A stretch of DNA of 64,000 nt. Source: Saprolegnia diclina VS20. Lineage: Eukaryota. The translations under genes were made by a program, and so were the position numbers. Positions 34,018 to 46,643 of the stretch are shown piece after piece (position 1 is the stretch's first letter; each line of letters starts with the position of its first letter). Under the pieces are notes generated by a model, which was not told where the DNA came from, searched no databases, and saw only the letters and a program-made list of their open reading frames with translations. Location of the stretch: positions 7,972 through 71,971 of the forward strand of contig NW_008246147.1 of the NCBI RefSeq assembly GCF_000281045.1, written 5' to 3'.

Positions 34018-35567
34018 TTAGTTTACGAGCAAGTGCAAGGTCTTCTCCTGCGGATACTCGACGTGCGTCTCGAGCTCGACGATGAAGACGCCTTGAATCT
34101 GCTGCAGCCCTGCGATAAGCGGCAGCAACTCGACGTCCAGCTGCGTGCTGCCGTTGGGTGAGACAACACCCACGTTCTACGAGCGTGGGTTGAAGGCAGC
34201 ACACGGAGAATGGCTACCTGGTGCGAAAGCGCGCTGCAGACGATGCCCGTCATGAGCTCGCGGCGCAGCTGCAGCTGGAGGTTCATCGGCCGCGTCCCGT
34301 TGTTGTGCACGAGGAAGGTCGCAGCGAACGGTTGGCCCACGCGAAGCGGCTGCTTGGGTGCCACGATCGAGACGCTGGCCTCCTTGAGACTGCCGACCTG
34401 CTCTTTCTAGTTAGTCCGTGCTCTCGAACCAAGGGCGTGAACCTTGCGCATGACGGGCTGCGTCTGGAGACGCCCGGCCTCGCCCATGCTGCTCTTCCAC
34501 GCAACCTCCAGGCGGCCTACGACCATATGAAGGATCCAACATGGTGATACGTTCGCACCGAGGTTGAGCGTGCCAAGCGACAGATCGAGCTGCGGCGACG
34601 TGACCTTGAAGACGCGCTGCAGTGTCTCTTCCGGTCCGACGTACGCCTGGCGGTCGGTTCTATACCAAAGTCGGGTGACAACTGGGCAACGAATTGCGGC
34701 GTGTACTCGGGGTCGCGGACAGTCGCGAGCTCGACGGCGCGGAAGGGCGGTGACGCGAGGAAGTGGACGGTCTCGACGTGCAACGGCGCTTGCGTGATGT
34801 TCTGTATCTTGGCCTCGACAAACGACTCTTCCTGCATCAGCCTTGATGCACGAGACCACAGATCTGCGCGTTCTACCTGGATGAGCAAGTGCTTGAACGT
34901 GATCGTGAGCGGGTTGAGCACGTTGAAGCGGTAAAACTTGCGCAGCGACTTGGCCTCGAGCGTGACTGGGTCACAGTACGAGACGCCGACGCGGAGCCTA
35001 CGAGACGACGTCGTAGGTAGAGCTGTAGTAGAAGAAGAGAACGGTACGTGTGCACGCCGACTTCGTTGAGCTCATACTCGACCGCCATGTCGAGGTTTCC
35101 GCCGCTCGGCAGCACGGGCATCGGGTTGGGTGGCGGCGTCGAGCCTAGCTTCCTATTATAAGCACGTGTGTTTGCCTGCTCGTTGTACGCACCGCCGCGG
35201 GACACGCGCGTGTCGGCGAGATCGCTGCGCGTTGTCGGCGTCTGGAGCTTGGCCTAGGCTGGCGTGAGATCGCGATTAGCCGCCTCATGGCCACCGCACC
35301 GTCAAGCCCACTTGCTGCAGGTCGCACGCAAACTGGTTGATGACGCTAATGTAGCTGCTAAAGGTCTCGCCGAGGTAGATGTTCCTACGCCGGTCCCTAT
35401 GAGCATGCATGCAAGCGCGATGCGAGGTACCCAAAGCTGTCGGGCAGCAGGAGCATGTTGGAGAGCTCAAAGTCGCGGCCGTTGGACTGCTCGACGTGGA
35501 GCCGCGGCTTGTAGAGCCGCATGACCTTGAGCGTCGGCTGCGTCGACGTGGGCGGAGCGGCCGACAT
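34018..35567 (-). CDS. TRAPPC13: Trafficking protein particle complex subunit 13, multi-exon
   Basis: LKVMRLYKP, LLLPDSFG/NIYLGETFSSYI, LRKFYRFNVLNPL, FVEAKIQNIT and GRLEVAWKSSMGEAGRLQT. Confidence 0.92.
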
Positions 35568-35887
35568 GCTGGCGACGGAAAACGTGTGTGGGATTTCACG
35601 CGTGGGATTTGTGTTTTCGACGGTGAAAATCGTTTTTCACATCCACCCCTTCTCAACCCATGGCGTCAGGAGAGCTATCACGAGGTTGGAGCTAGGATGA
35701 CGGACGATGCAATCTTGTTGTTGGGTGTAGATACCGTGGGGCTATGATGTAGCATAACAAACCGTAGTGCAAGCTGTAGAACGCCCGCCTCATTTTAAAC
35801 AATATGCCCCGATGTTTCAACTCCACCTGCGCCAAGCTCGTTGAAATGTGATAAAAACAGAAATTCGATAAGTTAGTAGAGTGCAGC

Positions 35888-36397
35888 TCAGCTCTCGTCG
35901 TCGCCCGAGTGTGAACTCGCCACTTGCTCCGTGCCCTGGCTGTCGTAGCCGTCGAAGAAATGCTGGAGCTCGGAAAACCCGATTTCGCGGCAGACGTGGC
36001 CGGTGTCCGTGAGGGTCGCGACCTCGAGCCACATGGCCTCGAGCTCGGTCATTTCGTCCGTGTCGGTCGGAAGATGCGCTTTCGCCCACTCGTAGAGTGT
36101 GCGCGCGATTTGCTTTTGCTCTTCCATCTGACCGCGTAGCCGCGAGTTGGTCGTGGCGCTCGACGCGCTGTTGGCCGCCATGGCCTCGGCCACCTCCTTC
36201 CACGGCAGCGCGCTGCTACCTCGGAGCGCGTGGAGCTTCTGCGTGAGCCCGACAATCGTCGTGTTGAGCGCGTCGATTTCCGTCAAGTACGTTTGCCGCG
36301 CGCAGCGCTTGGCCTCGCGGTCGTAGACTTGCCGGCGCTCGCGGACCTCGGGCGGGATCGACGGGTCGCTGTAGCTCTTGCGCTTGCTTGAGGCCAT
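35888..36397 (-). CDS. Basic-region/coiled-coil (bZIP-like) protein of an oomycete-type family
   Basis: RERRQVYDREAKRCARQ basic stretch, heptad EIDALNTTIVGLTQKLHAL, LPWKEVA motif and a second coiled coil. Confidence 0.6.
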   Translation of the reverse strand: MASSKRKSYSDPSIPPEVRERRQVYDREAKRCARQTYLTEIDALNTTIVGLTQKLHALRGSSALPWKEVAEAMAANSASSATTNSRLRGQMEEQKQIARTLYEWAKAHLPTDTDEMTELEAMWLEVATLTDTGHVCREIGFSELQHFFDGYDSQGTEQVASSHSGDDES

Positions 36398-37679
36398 CGT
36401 AGGTTGTTGGGAAATGACTTTGGCGCCCCACAACAATAGAACCGCGAGTCCGAGCGGCGCCGTCTTGCGATTACACACAAGCCTGGGACCGAGCTCGCCG
36501 TGACAACGCTAGTTTGTTCGATCGCCAAGAGCGTCGAGGCCGTCTCAAGGTCGCCAGTGCGGTCCAAAGACATGTGTGCAACGGGAAGTCGGTCCCTCTG
36601 TTGTGAACGTAGAGGACCCCGTCGACGCCCCACCTCCGCCTTCAGACACACCTTGTCGATTCTCGTCGACGTCAAATGCAGTCCTCGTCAATGGGATCTG
36701 TGCCACCGACCACGTCGACTTTGCGACTTGTCCAACAAGCCGCCAAGAAGAAAAGGCTTGAAACCTCTACGGTCCGCAGTTGCTGTGTGTAAGCCAAGCG
36801 GTCTCGAACGACACGGTGTGCGACCGTGAGGCTCCCAGTCGGTGGGCTAGTGGATTTAAAATCCAGGACCAACGTCCCACTCTTTGCGGGTAAAATTTGA
36901 CCACCGCATCTGGCCTTTCGCAGCTGGTAACGCCTCCGTGCAGCGACGCCACATTGCACTTCACCTGTCAACACCCCGACCACTCGGTCCACGATCTCAG
37001 CAGCGACCGACGACAACGATGGCTACTCGCCGCCGACGCGCAAGAGATATTTGCACTTGTGGCGAGAACCTCTTGACCATCTATTCGCTTGTTGCAAGCT
37101 TCTTGGACATGGTCTGTGCGGCTCAACTAAATGTGACACAGCTAAATACTAATCAAATACTTGAGGACAGCCTCTAAGGAGCTTGCGAAATGGACGAGGT
37201 AAGTCTGACGATAAGGTAGTCGCACCCACGGTGTCGACGAGGGCGTTGAGGGTACTCTGCGCCTCGTTTCGCAGCCTTCAGCACAGCGGTCGAATCGAAA
37301 TCGTGTTGAAAAGCTCAGACACCAATCAGGTCGACGATGAAGCGCCATTTTAGTGTTGGCGACACGCAGAACGCAGGGACTAGGCTTGGGCGCCCCGGCT
37401 CGGTCCGCGCTCGTTGTCACCGAGGCATGACTACGCGCAGATGATACACAGTGTTGTACAGTGTATATAGTACAGTGTATCTCGTCCTGCCCAATGTCTG
37501 GTGTCTTCACGTGATTGCACGATGAGGTGTCTGATGAGACGGGATATAGCGTTTTACGGTGTTTTTACCGTATTTTTACAGTCGGCTTAATAGCCAATCC
37601 AGAGTGCGTATTCCGAAACTCGGTGATGGATTGGCTGAAAATCCACCAAATCCAAGGGCCCTGGTCCATTTACAAAACG

Positions 37680-38234
37680 ATGGACGCCGTCAAGATCGCT
37701 GCGTCCGTCGCCGTGGGCGCCCTTGGCTACCACTACCTCGCAAGCCGCCCGGCGCCAGCCGCTCATAGCCACGCGCGCAGCCCGGCGCCGATGACCAGCC
37801 ACCAGAAGGAAGACGCCGAGGACGATGCCGAGAGCGACGACAGCGAGGACGAGGGCGACGAGGAAGACACGCTCAAGTGGGAACCCCACAAGATGGTGCT
37901 CGTCGTGCGCAACGACCTCAAGATGGGCAAGGGCAAGATCGCCGCGCAGTGCGGCCATGCGACGCTCGGTGCCTACAAGCGTGCGGTGAAGCGCACGCCA
38001 CAGGCGCTCGAGTGCTGGGAAGCCCTCGGGCAGGCCAAGGTCGCGCTCAAGGTCGAGACCGAGGCCGAGATGCTCGAGCTCGCGACACGCGCCAAGGAGC
38101 TTGGCCTCATCCACTACGTGGTCGTGGACGCGGGCCGGACGCAGATCGCACCGGACACGAAGACCGTGCTCGCCGTCGGTCCCGCCCCGAATGGCGACGT
38201 CGACAACCTCACGGGCCATCTCAAGCTCATGTAA
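37680..38234 (+). CDS. PTH2: Peptidyl-tRNA hydrolase 2 with N-terminal membrane anchor
   Basis: KMVLVVRNDLKMGKGKIAAQCGHA and DAGRTQIAPDTKTVLAVGP..LTGHLKLM. Confidence 0.96.
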   Translation: MDAVKIAASVAVGALGYHYLASRPAPAAHSHARSPAPMTSHQKEDAEDDAESDDSEDEGDEEDTLKWEPHKMVLVVRNDLKMGKGKIAAQCGHATLGAYKRAVKRTPQALECWEALGQAKVALKVETEAEMLELATRAKELGLIHYVVVDAGRTQIAPDTKTVLAVGPAPNGDVDNLTGHLKLM

Positions 38235-38274
38235 TCGTGTAACGTAGTCCTCTTATGACATTGTTACGACCTGT

Positions 38275-40341
38275 CTACCAGACGACGCACTTGTCCTTGG
38301 GGTTCATGAAGGACCCGAGCGGGCACTGGAACGCGTCGGCGAAGAAGGGCGAGTTCATGAGCGGGCCCTGGAGCCGCCACTTGCCGGGCGAGTGCGCGTC
38401 CGTGTGCATGAGAACACGCGCCAGGTTGTCGCTGCGCTTCTGGCACCACCAGCCTTGCGCAAAGGACGTAAAGAAGAGCTGCCCTTCCTTCCGCGCCATG
38501 GGCGTCGAGAGGCCTTGCCGCGCCGCATACGCAAGGTACGCAAGCTTGACGCCGCCGTTGTCGGCGATGTTTTCGCCGAGCGTCAACGCGCCGTCGACGT
38601 GCCCCAGCAGCGTCTTGTTGGCGTCGATCGACTCGATGGGGAAGGCGTCGTACTGCTGCTTGAGGCACTGCGCGTTGGCGTTGAAGGTCGCGGCCACCGA
38701 GTCGGTCCACCACGACGTGAGCTGCCCATGGGCGTCAAAGAGCCGGCCCATGTCATCGAAACCGTGGCTGAGCTCGTGGCCCATGACGACACCGATGCGC
38801 GCGTAGTTGGCAATCATCGGCTGCTTGGTCGCAGAGAAGATCGGCGGCTGGAGGATACCGGCGGGGAAGACCATCTTGTTGGCGCTCGGGTCGTAGTACG
38901 CCTCGACCTCAAAGGACCCGAGGTCCCAGCGCGTCGGGTCGCTCGGCCCGCCGATCTGCGCCATGCGCGAGCGGATCTCGTGCTGCGTGATGGCGAGCGC
39001 GTTGCCCACAAAGTCGGTATGCGACATGTTGACGGGTGTCGTTGGCGGCGTCGGCGGGCCACCGACAAAGTTGCGCACGGCCTGGATCTTCTCGAGCGAC
39101 CGCGATCGCGTCACATCGTCGAGCCACGGCTCGGTCGCGACAAGGCGCGTCATCGCCGCTTCAATGTCGCCAATCAGCGTCTTGGCCGCGACAGCGTCGG
39201 GGAACGCAGCGGCTTGGAAGGCGGCACCGACGAACGCCGGGAGCGACGCCAACGTCTCGGCGCGGCAAAAGGCATCGCGCGCGGGGAGGTCCCCGAGGCC
39301 GCCGAGGACTCCAGCGAACGCATGGTCGATCCGCCGAGGCGCTTCGCCCAAGAGGCGTCCAATGGTGGCCACGAGACGGAGACCGACGTACTGACGCAGC
39401 GTCGCGACCGACGTTGCATTCAAGAGCGCCACTTGCTTTGTGAGGAACGCCGGCGTCATCACGAGCAGCGCCGGGTCGGCCGCCGTCAACGGGATCGCCG
39501 CGCCTTTGAAATACGCCTGCAAATACGGTGCCACCGACGTGAGCGCGGCTGGTGTCATCTTGTTGTACGTCGCCGTCGGGTCTCGCAGCGCTGAATTCGG
39601 CACGGCGATGGCAGTCAGCGCCGACTCGAACGCCCAGAGGTCGGACGCCGACGCGTTCCAGCGCAAAAGCGACGTCCACGAGGAGACGTACTGGGTGAAG
39701 AGCGCGCGGTTACTGGGAGACGCGTAAAACTCGATCGTTGGGAGCGTCCACCCGCCCTGCACGAGCGTGAGCACTTGGACGGAGGCGTTCTTCGGGTCCA
39801 CCCCGACATCGAATTCTAAAAAGGATGCGACACCGGCGGACCGGTAGAGCTGGCCAGCGTACGCAAGGATGTCCGTCTTGGACGAAAGCGCATCAAGGGC
39901 GGCGAGGTGCGACTGCAGCACAGAAACGTTGGTCGTCGTCGCGTTGAGACAGGCGTCGTAGAAGGGCCCGATGGTCGGCGGCTTATCGGCGAGGATGGTT
40001 TGGATGATGCGGTCGTTGGCGTGCTGCACGACCGTGAAGGACGTGTCGATCGAGCCAGCGGTCGCCGGGATCTCGGCCGTCTTGGCCCACCCGCCACACG
40101 CGTACTCGTAAAAGTCTTCGCACGGGTCGACGCTGCGGTCCATCATCGACTCCATCTTGGCAAAGAACTCGTCGAACGTGTCGGCGTCGTGGGTGCGCAA
40201 GAGCGAGTATGCACCAGCACCCGCCACAGCCACGGCGGCAGCGGCGACAGCGATGCGCTTCCAGTTGCGGGCGACGGGCGCCGAGCTAGTGTCGGGCAGG
40301 AGGGGCTTGCCTTCGGCGGCCTTGGTCTGGACGCTCGCCAT
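38275..40341 (-). CDS. M13 family zinc metallopeptidase (neprilysin/ECE-like), type II membrane protein
   Basis: N-terminal TM, VDPCEDFYEYACGGW, FPAGILQPP, GHELSHGFDD, GENIADNGG, HSP and C-terminal CVVW. Confidence 0.95.
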   Translation of the reverse strand: MASVQTKAAEGKPLLPDTSSAPVARNWKRIAVAAAAVAVAGAGAYSLLRTHDADTFDEFFAKMESMMDRSVDPCEDFYEYACGGWAKTAEIPATAGSIDTSFTVVQHANDRIIQTILADKPPTIGPFYDACLNATTTNVSVLQSHLAALDALSSKTDILAYAGQLYRSAGVASFLEFDVGVDPKNASVQVLTLVQGGWTLPTIEFYASPSNRALFTQYVSSWTSLLRWNASASDLWAFESALTAIAVPNSALRDPTATYNKMTPAALTSVAPYLQAYFKGAAIPLTAADPALLVMTPAFLTKQVALLNATSVATLRQYVGLRLVATIGRLLGEAPRRIDHAFAGVLGGLGDLPARDAFCRAETLASLPAFVGAAFQAAAFPDAVAAKTLIGDIEAAMTRLVATEPWLDDVTRSRSLEKIQAVRNFVGGPPTPPTTPVNMSHTDFVGNALAITQHEIRSRMAQIGGPSDPTRWDLGSFEVEAYYDPSANKMVFPAGILQPPIFSATKQPMIANYARIGVVMGHELSHGFDDMGRLFDAHGQLTSWWTDSVAATFNANAQCLKQQYDAFPIESIDANKTLLGHVDGALTLGENIADNGGVKLAYLAYAARQGLSTPMARKEGQLFFTSFAQGWWCQKRSDNLARVLMHTDAHSPGKWRLQGPLMNSPFFADAFQCPLGSFMNPKDKCVVW

Positions 40342-41062
40342 GGTCGAGGAAGATTGTCAAGTGCCGATGTCGTCACATTGCACTTCATCCGAGCTCCGCC
40401 AATCACTTGCGCCTCTTGAACCTACATTCTGCACGAGAGTGCTGGTAAAAACCCAAGCAGACAGGCGGTGACGTCGGTGAGGCCGGGACGGTCGTGTTGG
40501 ACGGCCGTGGTGGCCGGGTGCTGGCGAGGGCAAGACGCTGCTGCTTCGAAAAGCCAGAAGCGGCGTGTACTGGGAGCTTGTTGAAGTCCAAGATATGTGC
40601 GCCCTAAGGTTGGCAACCAACGAGAGTTGGCGACGATGGGCACAAGCGTGCCACTGTGTGCCAACTCAGATGCCAAACCCTGCGCGTGGTCCAGTGTATT
40701 GAATGGACCTGCGCCGATTTGTGTGAGGACATCGAGAGTGCATTAGCTGCTGTGCATATTGCAGCCAAACTCATCCCTCGACACTTCAGTGCTGTTGCGA
40801 AGCTCGAACCAGCCAGTGCACCGCCCAAAACAAGATTCTCGGCCGATCGTCGAAGCAACCGACGGGAGCGAGCCAAGGAGTGTCGCTCGACAACACACAT
40901 TCCAGTCGGGTCGTGACGACCGCGATCAATCCGGTGTCGCTGAAGCTCTGCCAGTGCTAGTACAGCGTCAGGCGACAGGGAAGAAAGGAAACAACCTGGT
41001 TTTACACAAGACAAATTTAGGAATTACATAGTCTATCTCTTCAATATCGAGACAAATGTCGT

Positions 41063-42787
41063 TTAGCGCGAGTAGAATGCCTTGGCCGCGATCGCGAGGA
41101 GCGCGAGGCCGCAGGGCACAAAGATGCCGAGGAGGTACAGCTGCGACGTGCCTTCGGGGCAGCCCTTGCCGCCGGCGATCTTGGTGCAGCCCGTGGTCTC
41201 GAACATGGAGGCCATGGTGCCCGTGATCGACGTGGCGAGAATCGCGAAAAAGATGTAGAAAATTAGAGCGGCGACGCGCGGGTAGCTGCCGCCCGTCTTC
41301 TTGAGCTCCATGACGGCAGCCTTCTGGTTGGGGAGGAGGAAGACCCAGAGGCAGCCGATGACCGTCATCGAGTAGGCAAAGATGTACGTGTACGCAACCT
41401 GCGACCGGACGTGGTCCGTGTCGGTCTTGATGTCGGCCTTGGAAACGTCAAACTGACCGCACACGACGTTGGTGATCATCGGGCCAAAGACGCCCGGGAG
41501 GTTCGTGATCGTCGTCAAGAGACCGTACATGACGCCTTCGTTGCCGGGCTCGGCCAATTCCACAATCACAAACGTGCCAATGACAAAGCCAATGCCAGAC
41601 GGGAGCTGCTCCGTGAGCGGCACGCCGAGGTAGAACCACTGGTTGCGGAAGATGTCAAACACGGTAAGGAACTGAACGACAGCGTCAATCACGTTGGCCG
41701 AGAGGGTCGTGATCACGAGCACGTAGCGCCAGTTCCAGTGGGTGCCGTACTTGCCGGTGGCGACGAGCACGGCGGCAAAGATCATGGAGCCGACGATGCT
41801 CATGATGGACGAGTTGAGGTTCTCGACCTCGGCCCAGTAGAGCGACACATACGGGCCGGCCGTCGAGCTGATGTACGACGTGAAGAGCGAGAACATAAAG
41901 TTGAAGATCATGACTTGCCACACGACGCGCTTCTGCGCGAGGTCCCAGAACTGCTGGAGGTAGACACCGACGGGCACGGCCGCCTTCTTCGTGTCCTTGA
42001 GGAAGAACCACACGACCGGCACGTTGATGGCCGACGGCACAGCCAAGATCCAAAAGTACCCGTTGACGCCAATGTCCCAGTCGTAGTCGCCGGTCATGCG
42101 CTTCGAGTTGAGGCAGAAACCCGAGATGGCGGCCATGACAGCCATGAGCACCGTGCGCACAGCGTAGATCATCGACTGGAGGCGACCGCGGACAGCGTCG
42201 GGTTCGCGCTGGGCGTACTGGACGAGGAGCGCGTCCTGGGCGACGTCGGCCATGATGTACGAGAAGCAAGCGACCGCGCAGAGGAGCGCGAGGACGGCGC
42301 CGTTGGAAGCTGCGTTCTCGGCGTCAATCGACGCGTCGTCGCCGGCCGGCCGGATCGCGAGGAAGACGAGGATGACGGCCGTGAGGAGCCAGCCGGCAAA
42401 GATGTACGGCTTGCGGTTGTAGCCAAAGACGGGGAAGCAGTCGGTGAGCATGCCGAAGAAGACCTTGAGCGACCAGCCGAGGCTCATGAGCGCCGACGCC
42501 GAGCTGAGGACGTTGCCTTCGAGCTGGAAGTAGCCCGTGAGGATCGGGTACTTCATGTACGAGAGGCCGCCGTAGACGACACCGATGACCGCGTACTGGA
42601 ACACGAGCGCCATCACTTCGGGCGACGAGTAGACGGGGGCACCGCCTTCACGGAGTGCGCCGTTTTCAAGATCCGTTGGGGTCTTGACGCCTTCGTAGTC
42701 GTCGCCCTTGGCGCCGGCCTGGACGTCGAGCGATGCCACGTACGAGAGGCGCTCGGCAAGTGCAATGTCGTTCTTCTGCGCCAACAT
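41063..42787 (-). CDS. Folate-biopterin transporter (BT1/FBT, MFS), copy 2
   Basis: Paralogue of 29028-30722 with the same motifs (GALREGGAP, GWSLKVFFG, QYAQREP, GNEGVMYGLLTT). Start placed at MLAQKND. Confidence 0.9.
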   Translation of the reverse strand: MLAQKNDIALAERLSYVASLDVQAGAKGDDYEGVKTPTDLENGALREGGAPVYSSPEVMALVFQYAVIGVVYGGLSYMKYPILTGYFQLEGNVLSSASALMSLGWSLKVFFGMLTDCFPVFGYNRKPYIFAGWLLTAVILVFLAIRPAGDDASIDAENAASNGAVLALLCAVACFSYIMADVAQDALLVQYAQREPDAVRGRLQSMIYAVRTVLMAVMAAISGFCLNSKRMTGDYDWDIGVNGYFWILAVPSAINVPVVWFFLKDTKKAAVPVGVYLQQFWDLAQKRVVWQVMIFNFMFSLFTSYISSTAGPYVSLYWAEVENLNSSIMSIVGSMIFAAVLVATGKYGTHWNWRYVLVITTLSANVIDAVVQFLTVFDIFRNQWFYLGVPLTEQLPSGIGFVIGTFVIVELAEPGNEGVMYGLLTTITNLPGVFGPMITNVVCGQFDVSKADIKTDTDHVRSQVAYTYIFAYSMTVIGCLWVFLLPNQKAAVMELKKTGGSYPRVAALIFYIFFAILATSITGTMASMFETTGCTKIAGGKGCPEGTSQLYLLGIFVPCGLALLAIAAKAFYSR

Positions 42788-45422
42788 CCCTTTTGTTGTA
42801 CTTGTGGGCTGGAAGGCAAAAGGCAAAGTGAGCAAGTGGAGAGTTCGGTGTATAGAAGGAGGAAATTGAAGCATCCGAGTGGATGAGACCACGAGTAACT
42901 TTTTTACATAGTCGAAATCAGTTATTTTCTTATCGTACCCATGACGTTTGCAAGCGTCTGATTATCACTCTCGTGTGGGTTCTGTTTCTTCTTTTATGCC
43001 ATGGAATTGCATGGTGAATCGCGTCCTTTCTACGAAAAAGGTCGGACCTTCAACGAAACCAGGGGCACAATGCAGCGAATTTAAACGGGGTTGACCACTC
43101 AGTCCGCACGCTGCCATTAGCCACGGTACGTGCCACCAGATTCACCGCGCGCGCACGGCCGACGACGACGGTCGACTTTCTCTAGATATAGTGAGGACCC
43201 AGACACGCGCTTGCAAGTGAATTCGCAATCGAAGCGGGTGCCGCTGAGGCAGTCCCCGCGAGCGCGTCCCTCACCTGGTGGTGGCAGTGGCGTCGTATCA
43301 AAGATAACCACCACATGTTGAGAAGTCCCACCCGGCTTTTCACCTTCACACTTAGGCTACGACGTCCAGGTGCAGGAGCTTGGGAGCTTTGCACGCAGCA
43401 AGCTTCCGCAGTCGTAGCTCTGCGAAAAGGGGTCCAAGATCTTATTGCGGGGTGGTGGGGCAGAGCTCTTCGTGTCTTGCGTTGCTTGGTCGCCGCCTTG
43501 AACGAGCTTTTGACAGCCTAAGGTTTTGGTGAACAATAACAACAGCAGGTAGAGAGACATGTGGTGAACGGTACTACAGAAAGTGCGCAGAACTCCACAC
43601 GTCGTTCCGATGGGCGTCTTTTCGATGATTGAGCATTCAAAAGTGGATCGCACCTTGTGCAGGTCGGCGCGTCTATCTCCACCTATTCACTGCCCTTGCA
43701 ACCACACGTTTCCCACATCAAAGTCGCATCGTCGACTGCCTCCTTCACTGCACTGTTGCGAGAAGCGACAACAAGCCAAGTCGACGCGATTGTCGACGCG
43801 CATCTGCAGGGCGGGTTACAACCAAGGTGACGTTTTCGTCTTCTAACGTGCCGAGCCCTACCAGCTGGTTCTTTCTGATTCATTCGGCGCCACAAGAACC
43901 GGACGCGTCGAAGAAGTAACCTTGGGTGGTGTAAAGACCCGAATGCAACATTCCTGCGGTGTTCAACACCGCTGGGGGTTCAGAGAAGAGAACATTGTGC
44001 ACTCAGTAGCTACTCGTACGCCAAGGATTTTTGTTGAATGCTGTGAAGGCCCTTCACCCCAGTTAATATGTGAAGGCTCGCCTCCTGCGACGATGTCTCT
44101 CCATACTCTTTCAAGTAGGACTGCTCCCAATGCAGGGCGAGGCAGAGCGACTGTAGACTGAGGTTTGGTAAATGCCAACGCGAGAAAGGCTCTGTTCTCG
44201 TCATGGTGATCTAGTAAGCCATGTTATGCGAGTATGAGACCTTGTTTTCGAAGGAGGCTCTTCGTCCTCTCGCCTCAACTGACACTGCGCCGCAGTTATT
44301 GCATGTTGATGGATACTTGAACACGCAGTGTAGTTTCCTGAAATCGAATGCGATGAGCTCACAAGTGGTGCAGCTGTTGGTCCAAATGCCCGCCTGAGTG
44401 AGGACGTCGCATGTCAAGTATGTCGAGTGCTGTGGACATCTCGCTTCGAAAGCAGTCCTGACAAGTCCTTCAAAGCTTGATCGCGAGAAATCGAGCCAAC
44501 CTGGTATCTCCCAGCATGCTGTGTTTGCCACTCGGGCAAAATGACGTTGTGTTTTGGCTCTCGACCAGACCTGGATCGGGCCTCTCGTCGCGGTACACGT
44601 CCCAAGGGCCGGGAATTTTGCGACAGCCGCCAGAGCATCAGGAGGGCATCGTCCAACCACGGTCGCCATCTTCATTTCGTGGATGTCTTTGTGGCTTCAG
44701 GCGTAGTCGTCGCCAAATACGTACTCCTTCCGTAGCATTTCGCACACTTCAAGGCTTCACTGCCGCCGCATAGTTGCTGGCGTCGTCTGCCGAGGACCTT
44801 GCGAAAGCAGTGCAGCCTTGCGCTGGTCAAGACGCTTGGAAGGACGAGACCACGCGGGACTTCATGGGGCCGGAGCACCTCCGGCGACTGCAGATGAGCA
44901 ACACGAACCGCCGCCTATGCAGCCACGAGATCAAGCGAAGAAGACGACAACGATATTTGCTCGTCTCTACGCAGTACGCGACGTCTTTGTCGAGAACGCT
45001 GTAGTAACTTGATGAGAGAAGTCTGCGCGGCTCTCGACAAGTCCATAGCTCACTTTTCATTGAGTTCTAGTCAAGTACAATTCCCTTGTTATTATCGGTA
45101 TCGGTTCTGGTGACAGTTCACGTTCGGTACGACCCGAAACCATCACCCAATGCAATCTGTTTCGAGCTCGGTGACGCCGGCGCAAGCGGCCAATCGACGT
45201 TATCTGCGTCGACTGCATCTCGGGTCACAGACGGGACGGTACAGAAGGCCGCTCCACCTCGGAAGCGCAAAGCTCTTCTCGGCAGTCGGTCCTTGCGCAT
45301 CAGGACAATTCTAGCGTCACCGAGGGATGAATCAAAGCGAGTCCTGTCGGATGCTTTGGCAGGATGCAACGATGTTCGTTTTACAAAACACAATGACGAC
45401 GCCAACTAAGGACAAGGACTAG

Positions 45423-45716
45423 CTAATTTAGAATAAAACGAAGTGAGAGCGCGTTCTCCGCCCGTGGCTTTGCCGGAGATGATGACGCCGGCGTCACCAC
45501 GCCGTTCTCGGCTTCCTTGGCCGCTTGCTTCTTGGCGTACATATCGCGGCGGCGCGCGCGCTCTTCTGCGACGTTGGTGCTATAGCGCGCCTTGGACTTG
45601 GCGAGGACTCGGTCCTTGTGCTTGAGGTAGTAGACGCGCGACCGGCGGCGGCTCAGCTCCTTCTGCGCCGAGGTGAGGTGGCGCTCCCGCCGGCGTCGCG
45701 GCTTGGCGTCTGCCAT
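45423..45716 (-). CDS. Small basic protein, paralogue 1 (97 aa), ending ALSLRFILN
   Basis: Aligns without gaps over about 50 aa to the ORFs at 46644 and 47820. Confidence 0.8.
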   Translation of the reverse strand: MADAKPRRRRERHLTSAQKELSRRRSRVYYLKHKDRVLAKSKARYSTNVAEERARRRDMYAKKQAAKEAENGVVTPASSSPAKPRAENALSLRFILN

Positions 45717-46643
45717 GCCCGTGGTCAAACCAAAAGTGAGCGACGGACCACGTCAACCAGAACCATTACGCGAGATACACTGGCGCGTGCCAGTCTCGGT
45801 GTGCACCCATATCCAAGCCACTCGTATGGCTGCACCCAGCATCTTTGCGGGCAGACGTTGCCTGTCGGGCGCGTGATAAGAGGAGGGTCAGCGCACATTA
45901 GCAAAGAACGCCATTTCCCCAAACCAAGCGCCTTGGCGCCTCAGCGTAGGCACCGTAGTTGCAAGAATGAGAGGAGCCGAGACCAACGATGTAGCGCCAA
46001 CACACCAGACTGCAGGTACACCAAACGCCGCCATCATCGTTCGAGCATACAAACCGCAAGTCAAAATCTTCAGTGTGGGCAGACATGCAACCCGGCGCCA
46101 AATGTTGAAGTTGGACTTGGGTGAATCTTCGCGTAGCGTCGTGAGGAGAGACGGTCGACGCAGCATCGACATAACTCGTACGACCGAGTTGCCTGCGACG
46201 TCCTCGCTGCTTGGCATGCAGATCACGAGAAAGCCCGAGATCTTGTTGCTGTATGGAGACTCGAAGGCAATGGTCGCGCTCTGGATGCGTCGGTTGCTTT
46301 CCTAATCAGTGCAATGTACGACCACTGCCACGGAAAACTAGCAGAATCATTGCGCCCGCCAGTCGATGCAGCGTCGACTACAGCGACCACGCCGAACGTC
46401 ATCAACCCGGCAACCGTGCGTTCGGCCATCAAGGATTGCGTTCGGGCTTGTACTTAAACGAGCAAGGGCCATTAAGAAGCGCTTCTTATTGCGGCTCGCT
46501 CGAATGGTGTGGCAGAGCTGGCCGGCGTGAGAGCTGCCGGCGTGTACACCGTATTGGATGGACAAGTAACATTTACATGATTAATACTGGTATCAAAAAG
46601 CGCCCGACACCACAGTACGCAACGGAGAAGATTGGTGACGACG

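Noticed and set aside
44774..45409. Arg-rich plus-strand ORFs as a fourth microprotein paralogue
   Set aside because: They lack the YYxxHK/AKxKARY core and the terminal FLLN motif, so the similarity is only compositional.
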